A stretch of 58,577 bases of DNA, the filler included, from Basidioascus undulatus (taxonomy: Eukaryota): assembly GCA_000826855.1 (NCBI GenBank). It is 3 parts of 3 records of this genome, joined end to end, with 100 filler letters (N's around TTAATTAATTAA, not from the genome) between each part and the next. Parts side by side here need not be neighbours in the genome. Positions count along the whole stretch, not along the records: positions 39,129 to 58,577 come from JTLS01000420.1; 2 more parts are not named here. One strand, given 5' to 3'. Shown in pieces: positions 41,843 to 53,951 of the stretch. Made by a program: the position numbers and the translations under genes. How positions within the stretch are numbered: the stretch's first letter is position 1; each line of letters begins with the position of its first letter. The notes below the pieces were generated by a model. The model was given only the letters and a program-made list of their open reading frames with translations. It ran no database searches and was not told the DNA's origin.

Positions 41843-42904
41843 TTAGTACTCGTAAGGAGAGTTGGCCTGAGCCTCGTAGACGTAAAGGGTCGAGTTGTGC
41901 TGGTCGGGGAGGAAGTAGACGCGGAGGCGACCGTTGACGATGTCGACGTCGAAGGGATTCATCGGGACGAGGGTGCCGAGGTCGCTGACCATGGTGATGG
42001 GGACCTCAGAGACGGGAACCATGGACTCCTCGTCGACGAGAGCGATACCGCCGATGGTGGCGTTGCCGAGGGTGGTGACGCCGGAGCAGATCATCATGCC
42101 GCGCTCGTTGTAAAGGCTAGGGTGGCCGAGGAACTTGCAGTCCTGGTAGTCGGCCCAGTAGCTGGGGTTGCGGGTGACGGCGAGGGGCTTGGTGACCGTG
42201 GTCGAGTTATCGGCCTTGGGCGTGAACGTCTTGCCGTCGAGCTGCCAAGTGGAGGCGTTGCGAGCGCCCCAGTTGAGCGTGTAGAGCCTGTCGGCCTTGG
42301 TGTCGTGGACGACTCCGCCGTGGTGGTCGGCGGCGTGGAGGAAGGTGGTGGGCTGGAGAGTGCGAGGGTCGATGCGGACGAAGTGGGCGGTGGTGTTGGG
42401 ACGGTACTGAGCGATGGTTGCCCAGATGTACTGACCGTCGTAATCGACGCCGCCGTTGTGGTATTCCAGGGCGCCGGGCTCGGTGAGGGTGGCGTCGGCG
42501 ATGCGTCCACCCTTACCGTCGAAGACGATCATGTGGGCGAAACCGGAACCGGCGGTACGGTCGGTGCCGTTGACGATGGTGCCGTTGTAGGAGACGGTGT
42601 GGCTGGTGTACTCGGCGGCGCTGACGAAGTACCGGTCATCACCGATGCGCACCATGCCCTCAGGTTCGTAGGTGTCGCCTTGGAACTTGACCTTCTCCAC
42701 GAGCTTCCAGACGGTGGTGCGACCGAGGTCGTTGAACTGCTTGACGATCTCATCGCAGTTGGAGGCGGCGAAAGGAGGGGGGAGGCGCTGGGAGGTCACG
42801 TAGGGGACATTGGGCTGGTAGACGGTGACGTTGAGGGCGAGCGAGAGGGAGGAGGTGAGGAGGGTGACCGCCCCAGCGAGGGAAAGCGAGGAGGAGGTGC
42901 GCAT
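41843..42904 (-). CDS. Secreted intronless beta-propeller-like protein, DUF6454-like
   Basis: 353-aa single-exon ORF with a signal peptide. Motifs PEGMVRIGD, YHNGGVDYDGQYIW..AQYRP, DHHGGVVHD, NWG, NPSYWADYQDCK and GGIALVD are recalled from DUF6454 proteins. Confidence 0.75.
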   Translation of the reverse strand: MRTSSSLSLAGAVTLLTSSLSLALNVTVYQPNVPYVTSQRLPPPFAASNCDEIVKQFNDLGRTTVWKLVEKVKFQGDTYEPEGMVRIGDDRYFVSAAEYTSHTVSYNGTIVNGTDRTAGSGFAHMIVFDGKGGRIADATLTEPGALEYHNGGVDYDGQYIWATIAQYRPNTTAHFVRIDPRTLQPTTFLHAADHHGGVVHDTKADRLYTLNWGARNASTWQLDGKTFTPKADNSTTVTKPLAVTRNPSYWADYQDCKFLGHPSLYNERGMMICSGVTTLGNATIGGIALVDEESMVPVSEVPITMVSDLGTLVPMNPFDVDIVNGRLRVYFLPDQHNSTLYVYEAQANSPYEY

Positions 42905-43299
42905 CGTTGGCGTGTGTTGTCTCAGTCACCCAAAGCCGGCGTCGAGCGAGCACTGAGACGAGCGAGGACCGGCCAGGCGCGCGGCCATGTTCATATATAT
43001 CCTGTGCGAGAAGAAACTTCCTGGCGCCCCTCCGGCGGAGGTGATCTGGTCGTTCAGGTACGACCGAGGACGGGCGACAAAGAGAAACGGCCAACCAGCC
43101 CGTCCAATTGCCGGGCGCGCCAACGGGCAACGTGACGATGCATGGACCTTGCCGTCCGTTGGCAGTGGGGAAGGTTTGGTTATGGCCGTGTCTGCCTCTA
43201 TGGCCGTGCTCTCATGTCCCCTGCCTTTCTGATGCGTTCGCTGACGGTCTATCCATTGACCCCCTCTCTCTCCCCCTTCGTCACGATGATGCCGTCCCC

Positions 43300-44110
43300 G
43301 GTGCTTCACTCGTGCTCAAAGTCGAGGAGGACGAGCGAGGTGTGCCGCAAGGTCTGGGCTGGAGATCGCGAGATTGTCCAGCTTGAGGTCGCCGTGGAAC
43401 GTGTGCGCGACGCGGTGCAGGTGGTGCACGGTGGACGACTGTCCGGCCCGCTAACCAGCACATCCATGGTCTGCAATTGCTGGTGCACTCGCCGCACCGG
43501 CGGAGGTACGACGTGCAGCTGGCCGCCATCGCGTAGTGGCGTTCTGTCCAGACTTTGCTTGGCGATTGAGCGGAGCGTTGATCGCGAGCTCCTCCAGGAA
43601 CGGATACGAAACAAGCAGATTTTGAAGCACTGTACAGGTCACCGGGCACTTAATGCACAATTGAGGACGCGCGAATGAACAAGCTACTCGCCAGCACAGC
43701 GAAACTAAGATCATTCACAAGAAAATTGCTACGGTGTCGAATTCGAGAGAAGCGGTCACTGGCCAGTCGGTACTAACCAGGCGTGCTGCTTCTATAGTAC
43801 CGGTGCGGGTGACGGACAGCTTGCGCAGATGAGCAAAAGGCAAAGCCAGAGGGTAGCTCAAGGGCTCGGAGCATGGCAGCAGTGCTGTGCTCCGTGATGG
43901 TGATGTCACCAAGTTCCGGCAGGTTGGGAAAAAAAGTAGGGAGGATACGTTTACCGCGCCCGTCGCAATGACAATGCCCACGTAGGATGTACATCGCGGG
44001 GAACGACAGACCTGCTAGCAGGAAGGCAGGATCATCTTTGGGGTATATCGTAAGGAGACGGAGCTGGCGCAGATGAGGTGCACAGCAGATCGGGATTGTC
44101 GCCAACAACG
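43300..44110 (-). pseudogene. Possible remnant of an F-box/LRR-like hypothetical gene
   Basis: Short broken ORFs with LRQLRL, FPNLPEL and YPFLEELAI leucine patterns. No intact gene model. Confidence 0.25.
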
Positions 44111-44336
44111 AAAATGCATGTGACCTGCTGAAGACTTTTGATCAGAGATATCAGCGACTTCGGTTAGGCGTTAAGAGCTCTGCATGCGACGCCGCTAGTG
44201 GGCAACAGGAGGGGTAGAGTACAGGAGCGAGAAGGGCTGCTAGCGAGTAACGTGAGGGGATACAGGAGCGGGAAGGGGCCAGGCCAGCACCAAAACCACA
44301 TGGGCGAAAGCTTTGCACCAGCAGGAGAAGAATAGA

Positions 44337-45050
44337 CTATGTAGGGATGAGACGGTGTTCGGATGCTTGACGGAGGGTGGACTCGATGGCGCGGAGGATG
44401 GGACTGGCAACGTGGGGGGCAGTGTTGAGGAGGCGGTCGATGAGGGTGATGCCGGGGATGGCGTGGGGTGATGGGGGTATCAGGGAGCGTGGCAGCGATG
44501 GCTGAGTTGACGCAGGCGGTGTGGTGCGGCGGAACGGGCGGCCGCAGAGGCAGATCCTGCCTTGGGCTGACTTGCCTCTACGCCAGCGGAGCGCAACAGT
44601 GAGGTCGGAGGGAGGGAGGGAGAAGATGGGGTCGACTAGGGAAGGTGTGTGGCGGATGTAGCGACCAAGTGTGCCAACATTGGCCTCAGCGGAGAGCCAG
44701 TGCCGGCGATGGCTACAGAGGAAGAGCTGGACTAGGGACTTGAGTGCGAGTGGGTCACCGCTGACCTTGGCCCTGAGGGCTGTGCGTGCCTCTTTTGCAA
44801 GTGGCAGTGCAAGGAGACGGCGGATGGGCTCATCTGGGAAGGGAGGTGGGTGTCTCGTCAAGCGACGGATCGGATTAGGCGGTGCAGCATGCACAAGACA
44901 GTGTGCATACAGAACCAGAGCGAGGTGCTCTAGGCGCTGGCGAGGAGGAAGACACCCTGTTATTGCTGCTGCGATCTTGGCTTCCTGTGTCCGGCCTGCA
45001 ATGACCCATGTCACGGCTTCCACCCAGACCCTGTGAGCGTCCTCGAGCAT
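44337..45050 (-). mobile_element. Remnant of a non-LTR (LINE-like) retroelement ORF, C-terminal region
   Basis: Intronless 237-aa frame without a proper start, containing ALRWRRG...CLCGRPFRR and IDRLLN. This resembles the zinc-knuckle tails of fungal LINE reverse transcriptases. Confidence 0.45.
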
Positions 45051-45107
45051 GGGCTAGCGCAAAAGACCAGATCAACCTACCGCCCCGGGCTACCGCTCGC
45101 CCCTGCC

Positions 45108-45775
45108 ATGCCCCAGTCAACTGCCGAGCCTATTGTTCCGGAACACCAGCCCATCCCAGTCGCCAACGACCTCTCGGACATCATGCAGATGATCGGCAGC
45201 CTCCATACCCAGCTCCAGGCGCTCACCATCCAGGACCAGCACCTGCAGGACACGGTCGCTCAACTGGCGGCCCAGAACAGTGCCCTCCAAACCGCTGTGC
45301 ACCATCGTCAGTCATCCGCGTCTGCCCCTACCCAGGCCCCGACCTCAGCCCCAGCCACTGCCCCTACTACCCTCGAGAACCGCTCCTTGGAACCCCCCGT
45401 GCCCCCGGTCAAGCTCAATAATCCCCCCGAATTTGATGGGAGGGACAAGAGGACTGCCAACACTTTCCTCACACATCTCCAGCTCCACTTCCTCGCCTCT
45501 CCGCACCTCTTCCGGGACGACCGCTCCAAGGTTCTTTTCGCTGCCACCTACCTCCGAGGCCCCGCGTTCACGTGGTTCGAACCTCACCTCTTGAGGGATG
45601 GTGACCCTCTCATTCGGTCCTGGGCAGCGTTCCAAGAAGCCTTCCTCAGGTCCCTCGGTGTCCCGACCGCGAACGCACTGTCACTCGGGAACTCCAGACC
45701 CTCACCCAGACTAGTTCCGCTGCCACCTATGCTGCCGAGTTCTTCCGGCTCTCGAGTCTCCCTGGTCACCCAAGT
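45108..45775 (+). mobile_element. Ty3/Gypsy retrotransposon gag (capsid) fragment, frameshifted and truncated
   Basis: Coiled coil followed by KLNNPPEFDG...FLTHLQLHF...F.DDRSKVLFAATYLRGPAFTWF...WAAFQEAF. It continues in another frame as RELQTLTQTSSAATYAAEF. No pol follows. Confidence 0.9.
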
Positions 45776-48183
45776 TTGACCTTTGCACACCTTTGCACAT
45801 ATTGTCCCTCAGTCGTCCCTCGTCGTAGCTGCTGCAGCGTATTCGGTCCCTCAGGGCGTGGCGATCCTTCTCCACAGCTCCCGTGCCGACATGCACCCAT
45901 AGCCTCGCTTGTTCCGGATCGACATCCTCTTGCTGCTGCGCACTCAGATGTACAACAGCTACCACGACGCCGAGCGCACTGAGCGCAAAGAAGCATCTTG
46001 GGCGTCAAGCACTTCCCTTCGTGCGCTTCTCGGCCGGCGGCGCCTCAGCAAACGCGGACGGCACTGCGCAGTGTTCCACATCATCCTCCCCCGTCCGACA
46101 CCTTCGAGCACCGAAGACATCCCTTTCTACTTTCTGTCGGAGCTGTCGGCTTCCCTAGCCCTTCCAGCACAACCTCTCCCCCTACCCCTACCGGTGCTCC
46201 TACCTACCTTCTTCTTCATCCTCCACCGCTCGTCGTACAGTCTCGACACTCATGGACTGCAGAAACTTCTCGCGGCGAGTCCTCGGCGTGGTCGACTTCA
46301 GAGGTTGACTGGACTGCTCGGAGTGGGGAGGCAATTGAGAGAGAAGGAAGGAGCAGATCAACTTCGGTTAAGACCTTTTCTCTCAATGTCAATCCCCACA
46401 AATCTTGGGTGGGTGACCAGTGGATCTGGAGAGTCGGGTCAAAGCTGCTTCGGTTCCTGGGCAGTCCCTTACACACATCCTCACTTCGGAGAACAGATCC
46501 GACTTACATCCTACGACATGTCCTACCTCCCTTACCTTCTTCCGATCCTGCGCAACGACTCCCCGTCCCAAACCTACAGGGAGGCTGGAGTGCGACTTTG
46601 TCCGGTAGCGGACTTCAGCACCACTGACACTGCACTTTTTCCCTACTACGTCTTCATCTGTGCTTTCTCCGCAGGAAGCCGTGCCTACCATACCCCCTCC
46701 CTCTATGCCGTCCACGCACCCTTCTATTCTACCCGTCTCATCAAGTTTTGTCGGCGTCATGTCCTTACGCGAGCGAGCCGCCCGTCAAGGTCGGGCGGAA
46801 ACGTGCGACACCCGAGCAAGTTGCCATCCTTAGGGCTGTATGTCATTTTACGTCTGCTTTTCGCTCCCTTTTTCTGATATCATGAGCGTACATCAGGTGA
46901 GATCGCTTCCAACTGGAGCTTTCGCGAGCGAGGTTGCCTGCCTGTTGGTTTTTGGACTGACACAATCCTGTGCACTTTTCCATTCCGCCAAATCCGGATC
47001 TGGGTGCAGAATCGGCGACAGAGCCATCGCAACGCTTGCATAAGCGCCGCGGCTCACGAGCTGGGCCAGGCGGCGGTCGCTGAGCGGGGAGGCGGTAACT
47101 AAGAGAGTGGAGGAAGTCAGGAAGCGAAAACAAGAAGTCAAAGGCAAGAAGTACAACAGTACATGCGAAGGAAGCTAATTAACGCAGATGAGACGGTGAA
47201 TAGCGGTACACCTCTACATTGGTACCGGGGAAATCATCGCGCAAGCATGTCTGATCGCAGTATACGCGCTGCGACCGCATTCTTCGCTCATATTCCTAGT
47301 CTTAAGATGGCCGTGCCATCATAAGTAGGCACAATATTTCGGTGATTGATTAAAGGAATGCAGCACGATTGTCTGGACAGTACTTGACAGTCCAGCCACT
47401 TCACGCCACCAACGTCGGGAACGCTCCGCCGTGCACGCCTGACCAATCACTGCTCGTCCCCCCCTCCTCCCTTGACCTTGTTGGCCCCCGTGCCTACTTT
47501 CCTCACCCGAATACAATGACCTCTTGTAATATTGTACCAGTTTTGTCATCTAGTGATAAAGTGCCGAACCTCCCCTTCCTTCTCCGTCTGCCTCGCACGC
47601 TCTCTCTCGTCACTCTCCTTGTTCAAGCTCGAGTAAAACTCCTCGTGCCGCGTTTGCTTCCCTTTAGAAGCAAAACTACAGATAACTCGCGACCAATAGT
47701 CAACACATTGGCCTGACTTGTTCCTCTACGCGTTCCCCCCCGGCCATCCGCCGACCACTTCAGCTTCGCAGTCTCCCGAGACGCCCAACGACTAACGCAC
47801 CTTCTGTGCTGTCTGTTCCGCACGCCAGGATAGCTCACCTCTGCCTGACGAGAAGACCGCCCTTTCTGATGGTGTGCTGGCCGCATGGCGCGTCTTTCTG
47901 CAAGACAACGCTCGTTAAGGAAAATAAAGGCTGTCCTGCCAGCCCTTTCTCGCCCGCAGCACGGGGGTGGCCAGCGACGGGTACGTGTTCCGAGCTGGGC
48001 ATGTCGCAGAACGAGAACGCAGCCCGTACGAGAGAACGGGAGAGCTTTGGGGTTCATCATAGCCTCAAAAAGGACGTCTCCCGAGCCTAAAATCAACCAA
48101 ACACGCAATGGATACGTCTGCTCTCCCCAGTACCAACGGACGCTCTGGACACCCGTTCAGATGCTTGGTCCTCCCATTCTCCC

Positions 48184-51100
48184 TCACGCCGCCATCGTTC
48201 CCGCGCGCATCTTCATCCAAGCCCAGCGGGCATCGAGCCCGAAGCCAATAGCGACGACGGGTAAAACGCTGACGACCTCGCCGAGGCCGGCCCAGCGGGG
48301 CTCGATGCGGATGCCGACAAGTGCGCCCGAGGCAAAGAGGATGGCAAAGATGTTGTAGATGACGCACCAGGCCAGGGCGGCGCGCGCGTGCGTGCGCGCG
48401 GCAGACGCGACGTCAAGTAGCGTGAGAACGCCCCGCTGGAGATCGGAACCGAGGAGGACGGCGCCCGCGGCTGTGAGAGCGACATCCGAGCCTCCTCCAG
48501 CAACGGCGAGTGCGACGTCCGCGCGTGAGAGCGCCGGCCCGTCATTCGTACCGTCGCCGACGAAGCACACGCGCCGCCCTGCAACCTGCAACGCGGTGAT
48601 CTCGGCATCCTTGTCGGCGGGCGTGCACACGCCATGGGCGGCCGCGCGCGGAATGCCCACGGCGTCCGCGAGGCGCTGCACGGCACCGGGCGTGTCCCCA
48701 CTGAGGATCATGACGGCCTTACTGCGGCGAACGAGCTCCGCGACCAGGGCGGCGGATTCGGGCCGGGGCGTGTCAGCGAGACCGAAGAGCGCGATAGGCT
48801 TGCCGCCGAGGGTGACGGTAAAGAGAGTGAGGCCGGACTCGAGCAGCTCCTGCGTGAGCGGGTGGATGCTCGCGCCCGTAAATGTCGCGCTTCCGCCGAG
48901 GAGCGGGTACCCCGCGAGCGAGGCCTTGATGCCCTTGCCCGGAAAGGAGACGACGTCGGTGACTGCGCTCGAGGCCGTACCCAAAGCGCCGCGTCCGTCG
49001 AGGTAGCGCAGGACGCCCTGCGAGATGGGGTGCTTGTTTTCCTTGACGAGCGCGCGCACGATCTCCTCGGCGCCTTCGACGAGGATCTCTGCGCGTTCGG
49101 TCGAGAAGAGACCCTGGGTGAGCGTGCCGGTCTTGTCGAACACGACGGTGCTGACGCTGTGCGCCGTCTGGAGCATGTCTGCCGAGCGGAACAGCACGCC
49201 TTCGCGGATGCCGATACGCATCGCGACGGAGACGACCATAGGTACCTGCAAGGACGAAAGAAGGTGACAGAGTCAGCCAAAGTCTGCACAGAAAGAATGC
49301 GTGAGATAGGGGAGAAATCACGCACAGCAAGACCGAGGGCGCACGGGCAGCTGACAACAAGGACGGCGATAGCGTATGTGAGGGCGTCGACGGACGACGA
49401 CGTCGCCGAGCGGTCGCGAACATAGCGGTTGACGAGAATCCACACGAGGAACGCGATGGCGGCCGAGGCCGCAGCCACGGGGAGGATGATGGCGGAGAGC
49501 TTGTCAGCTAGATCCTGGACGGGCGAGCGCGAAGCCTGGGCCTGCTTGACGAGCGCGGTGATGCGTGAAATGGAATTCTCGTGCACGAGCTGCGTGACTT
49601 GGATGTCGAGCGTGCCCGCCATGTTGAGCGTGCCCGCCATGACTCGGCTCCCGCGCTGCTTCGGCACCGCAACGCTCTCGCCCGTGACGGACGACTCGTC
49701 GACGTCGCTCGAGCCACTGACGACGATGCCGTCGGTGACGATGCGCGTATCGGGCGAGATGCGGACAATGTCGCCATAGTACAGCAGCCGGGCGTCGAGG
49801 ATCTGGGAGGAGGACTGGACGGCAGAGTCCTCCGAGACCAAGGTGACGTAGGTCGTCTGAAGCTTTTGGAGCTCGCGGATGGCGGAGCCTGTCGCGCGAC
49901 GCGTGGCGGCTTGGATGGTGCGGCCGAGGAAGATGAGCGTGACGAGGAGGGAGCTGGTCTCGAAGAAGGGGTCCGAGAAGGGCTTTCCGGAGACTTCGAA
50001 GGCATACGCGACGATCGAAAAGACGTAGGCCGTGAGCGTACTGACCGCGACGAGGACGCTCATGTCCGCCTGGCGGAGGTAGACGATGGTGCGCATAGCC
50101 GAGGAGAGGATTGGGTACGCGATGAGCTGGATCGCCGTCGTCAAACCGACCGAGACGCCGCCGTACAAGTGAGGCCTGTCCGGCAGTTTCGCCCAAGCGA
50201 GGACGAGAACGGGAATGCAGCACGCCGCACACGCGATCGTGCGCAAGCTCACGTCGAGTAGGTCCCGCGTCGCCATATCGCGCCCGGCGTTGGCAACGCC
50301 AGCGGGGATGAGCTCGGCGCCGAACGGCTGAAGTTGGGCCAGTACGTCGCGAGGCTCCCGGGCGCGCTCGCCCTGGATGGGGAAAGAGAGCTCGACGATG
50401 TTGCGCATGGATCCTGGACGCGCGTCGAACTCGTCCAGCACGCTCGAGGAGGGCATGCACGAGAACAAGACGGGAAGCGTCATCAAGCCCGCTGCGCCGC
50501 CTTTGAAAGTCGATGTCGTTGTCTTGATGCCGAAACCGGTAGCGCGAGCCACATACTTGATGATCGCCTCGGGGCTGATCATTTCGGGATCGTAGCGCAG
50601 CTGCGCCGTGCCGCTGAAGTAGTCGAGATCGAGCGGCGTCACGGACGGCAGGCGTGCGAGAGCGCGCGTGACTTTGGGCGCGCAATCGGCGCAGTCCATC
50701 CCGCGCACCTCGAGCTCGAGCTTCTCGCCAGCGGCGGGGGCCGCAGCGACGGACGGCAACGGCAGGTCGGTCTTCTCCTTCGCCTTTGCCGTCTCCTCGC
50801 GCTGCCGCTGCTGGCGAGTCGCCGGACGCAAGCGTCGGGAGGCGCCCGCCGGCGGCTGAGACGGCCGCGAGACGAAGCAACACGCGCGGCGGACGCAGTA
50901 CTGCTCGAAGGCGGCACAGCACGCGCGGAGCAGGCGGACATGCTCCGGCGCGGTAGCCGCCGCTGCGTCCACGAGCGACGAGGCGGTGGCGGTCTTGGTC
51001 GAGGAGCGGGGCAGCGCTGGCGCTGCATGCGACATAATAGGTATGACTTAGCTGAATGTGCTGAAACGAGACGGGGACAAAAGAGGCTCGATGACTCACC

Positions 51101-52260
51101 GTCCAGGTCGGGGTGCTTGACCAGCACGTCGATGCAGCACGGGCATACCGAGTCTGGCGAAACGGAAGTGCAGGTTAGTCGACGATGAGCAGATCTGAGA
51201 GTGAATGTCGAAGAGGAGGGAGGGCTGAAAGGGCGTAAGGGGGAAATGGACGAGAAAAGACGCACCGTCATCGTCCTCCTCCTTGTCGCTCTCATTCTCG
51301 TCGCAGCAGCGCTTCTTCTCGGTGTCCTTCTCGACGTCGCGTCCACCGCAGCACGAGTCCTTCTCATCCTCGTCCTCGCCGCCGCAGCCGCCGCAGCATG
51401 CGTCGGCCTTCTCCTCGCCGCCGCTGCCGATTCCCGGACAGCAGGAAGCTTTCTCGGGAGGGGTGCCGCAGCCGGCAGTCGGGGCTGCTAAATTGCAATG
51501 CGAGATCGTCAGTCGCACGCTAGAAAAGAGGGGATGAAGAGTTGCGCTTCTCGGGAAGAGTTGGCGGCTTGATAGAAAGGACACACCATCATCGGTGTCA
51601 TCTCCCTCGTCCCCGCAGGGCTTCTTCTGCGTGTTGCCTCCACCGCAGCATGAGTCCTTCTCGCCGTCAGCGACCTCGTAGCAAGCGCTCTTCTTCTCGC
51701 GAGCGTCGCAGCAAATGGCCTTCTCGACGTCGATTTTGACCGTGCCGCCGCCGGCTGTCCCGCAGCAGGACGCCTTCTCGGTCGGGGCGCAGCACGAGCT
51801 GGTGGTCGGAGCTGTCTCTGGATGTCGTCGAATCGATGTTGATTCAAACGCTGTCAGTACTTCGTTGTCGGCGCAGCAACCGCAGACGGAGTCTGCAAGG
51901 CCGGCCGAGGCGTCAGTAACAATACCCACAGAGCATAAGCTTGCCAAGCATCCCATCCAGAATGCCACTGTACTACAGGAGAATACTAACACACCGTCGT
52001 CGATTTCGTCCTTCGGGTCGCTCTCTTTCCCGCCGCCACAGCACGGGCTACGCTCCTCCCTGTCCGCGTCGCCGCGCGACTCGACGCTGCCAAGCCCGTG
52101 AGAAGGGGACAGTGCTGTCCGAACAAGCAGTCTCAGCGAATCAGTTTTAGGTATCGCGACCGCAAACCGCCGCGCCCGACAAATTGCCAGCGCGCTCCGG
52201 ACCGTCAGCCTCCCGGGGCACGCTGTGCGGCGGTGACGTTGGCGCCCACGAGCACGACAT
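48184..52260 (-). CDS. P1B-type heavy-metal (Cu/Cd) transporting ATPase, PCA1-like, with Cys-rich N-terminus
   Basis: HMA motif GMDCADC, FFETSSLL, DESSVTGES, VVSCPCALGLA, FDKTGTLT, KHPIS, GDGTNDGP, YN in the penultimate transmembrane helix. The N-terminal exons contain many CC pairs. The exact start is uncertain. Confidence 0.93.
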
Positions 52261-53951
52261 TGTGGTTGATGGTATAGGCGCGTGGAAGCCAGCAGGTGTG
52301 CCAGGGAGTATGAAGACGTGTATGAAGACGTCGAGAGGAAAATACTTAAGGTAAACGTTCAAGGCAAAGGCGGGCATTCTCGATCACGCGCACGCCAGCG
52401 CATGTAGATTTGTCGTTCTCTCTTGTCTCTTGGCCTTGCGCGCAGCCGCGGGCGACCCGCAAATCGTGACCTTGGGAGGCGTGTCGAATGCAGCTTTGAC
52501 TGCGATTGCTCCCGTCTTTATCTCCAGACCCAAAGCACGCTAAGAGGGATGTGACTCTCATGAGAGGTAAGTTGACTCTGGAGCGATAATTGTTTAGAGG
52601 CTTCAATCGTGATCGTTGTTGTTTCGCTGACCTGGAAGATGACCTGACTTCCAAGCCCAAGCCGACTTTCTGACCATTCCTCTGGCAATGCGGTTATATC
52701 TCATCCAATGGAGCCTCATTTCCTCATCGGCTTGACTTCATTCACCGCCACTGGGCAGAGAGCATAAAAATCTGGGGCTATCGTGCCTACCCTGCGTGTC
52801 CTGGCTGCATTGAGCCGCAGATGCGCCTCTAGCCTCATTCATCTCGAAGCCCACATCGCTTGAGGAGCAAAGCTGGACTTCTTTTCTGCACTGAGCTTCC
52901 AGCACGTCGGCTACCTTTGGATGGACGCCGGCTGTGCACATTTGGTAAGTTCCGGACCACTTGTTACCAGACTTACTGAGGTTAAGAAGCTGGGGCTGCC
53001 GGCATGCATGACTGGTCAGGGGCCTCCGAATGCTTTGGGCTCTCAACAGCCGCGTTCTCTTCGCTCACTACATTGACATTGAATTTGACTGAAGGTTTTT
53101 CCCGGCTCCTTTCCGATTTTCTGACCAGACATGGCAAGCAGCTGAAGGTCATTGGTGTTCAAATAACACATGTGAACGCTAACATCGCAGCCGTCCATCG
53201 CAGCCGTCCTTGCGCTTTGCTCTAAGTCTCCACGCACTTGAGGTCTCTCTAGACCCGCAAATGCAACTGCGGAACTTGAGTGAACCTCTTCTCTTGAGGC
53301 TTAACTGCCTGACCTGGGCCTCGCCTACACTTCCTAACCACGTCTCGTCATGCTCGAAAGAAGCGTAACATGCGCGGCCCATACACAAAGGTGTCGCTTT
53401 AACCTTCGCCTCGGAGTGCTTCAGGTTGGGGCAGATGAAAGATGATGCCTTTTTGGCAATGGGCTCTTAATATGAGTGTCATACTGGAACATGGCGGTAT
53501 TCAGTTGCGCGATGCGGTGGGCGCTCACGTTTGTGTAAATCCGGCTCGAGGTCAGTGAGACTGTGGAGGTGGGTTTGATGACACATTGGGTGACTACATG
53601 CATCATTCTCGTGCTTTTCAATTGCCACTGTGTCTACATGCCTTCAAGACCTGTGTATTCGACTGGCTGGATGAGTCTGCGTTCTCAGAATTGCCTTTCT
53701 CCTGATACATACGTATACAAAGGCCTTGAAGGTCTGTTTCAAATATGAGGGGGAGGAGGGATTTCACTGTTTACATTCCCTTGCACTTTATGATTGAACT
53801 GGAGCCCCAATAGGAACAGAAGAGGGAGAATCGGATCTGCCGGGCGTAGCCCCAGCCATATCTTTACTAGTGGACTGAGGTAAAACCAAACCAAACACCA
53901 TTCGAGCACTAGAGTGTCCTTCGATGGTAACTTGAAAAAGAAAGGTGCCCC

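Noticed and set aside
41897..43135. 412-aa plus-strand ORF antisense to the DUF6454-like gene
   Set aside because: Shadow ORF produced by GC-rich third codon positions, with no recognisable motifs.
49504..51188. Long alternative-frame and antisense ORFs over the P1B ATPase
   Set aside because: Arg/Ala-rich shadow frames of high-GC coding DNA.
52900..53400. Leucine-patterned fragments suggesting an F-box/LRR remnant
   Set aside because: Too short and broken to support a model.
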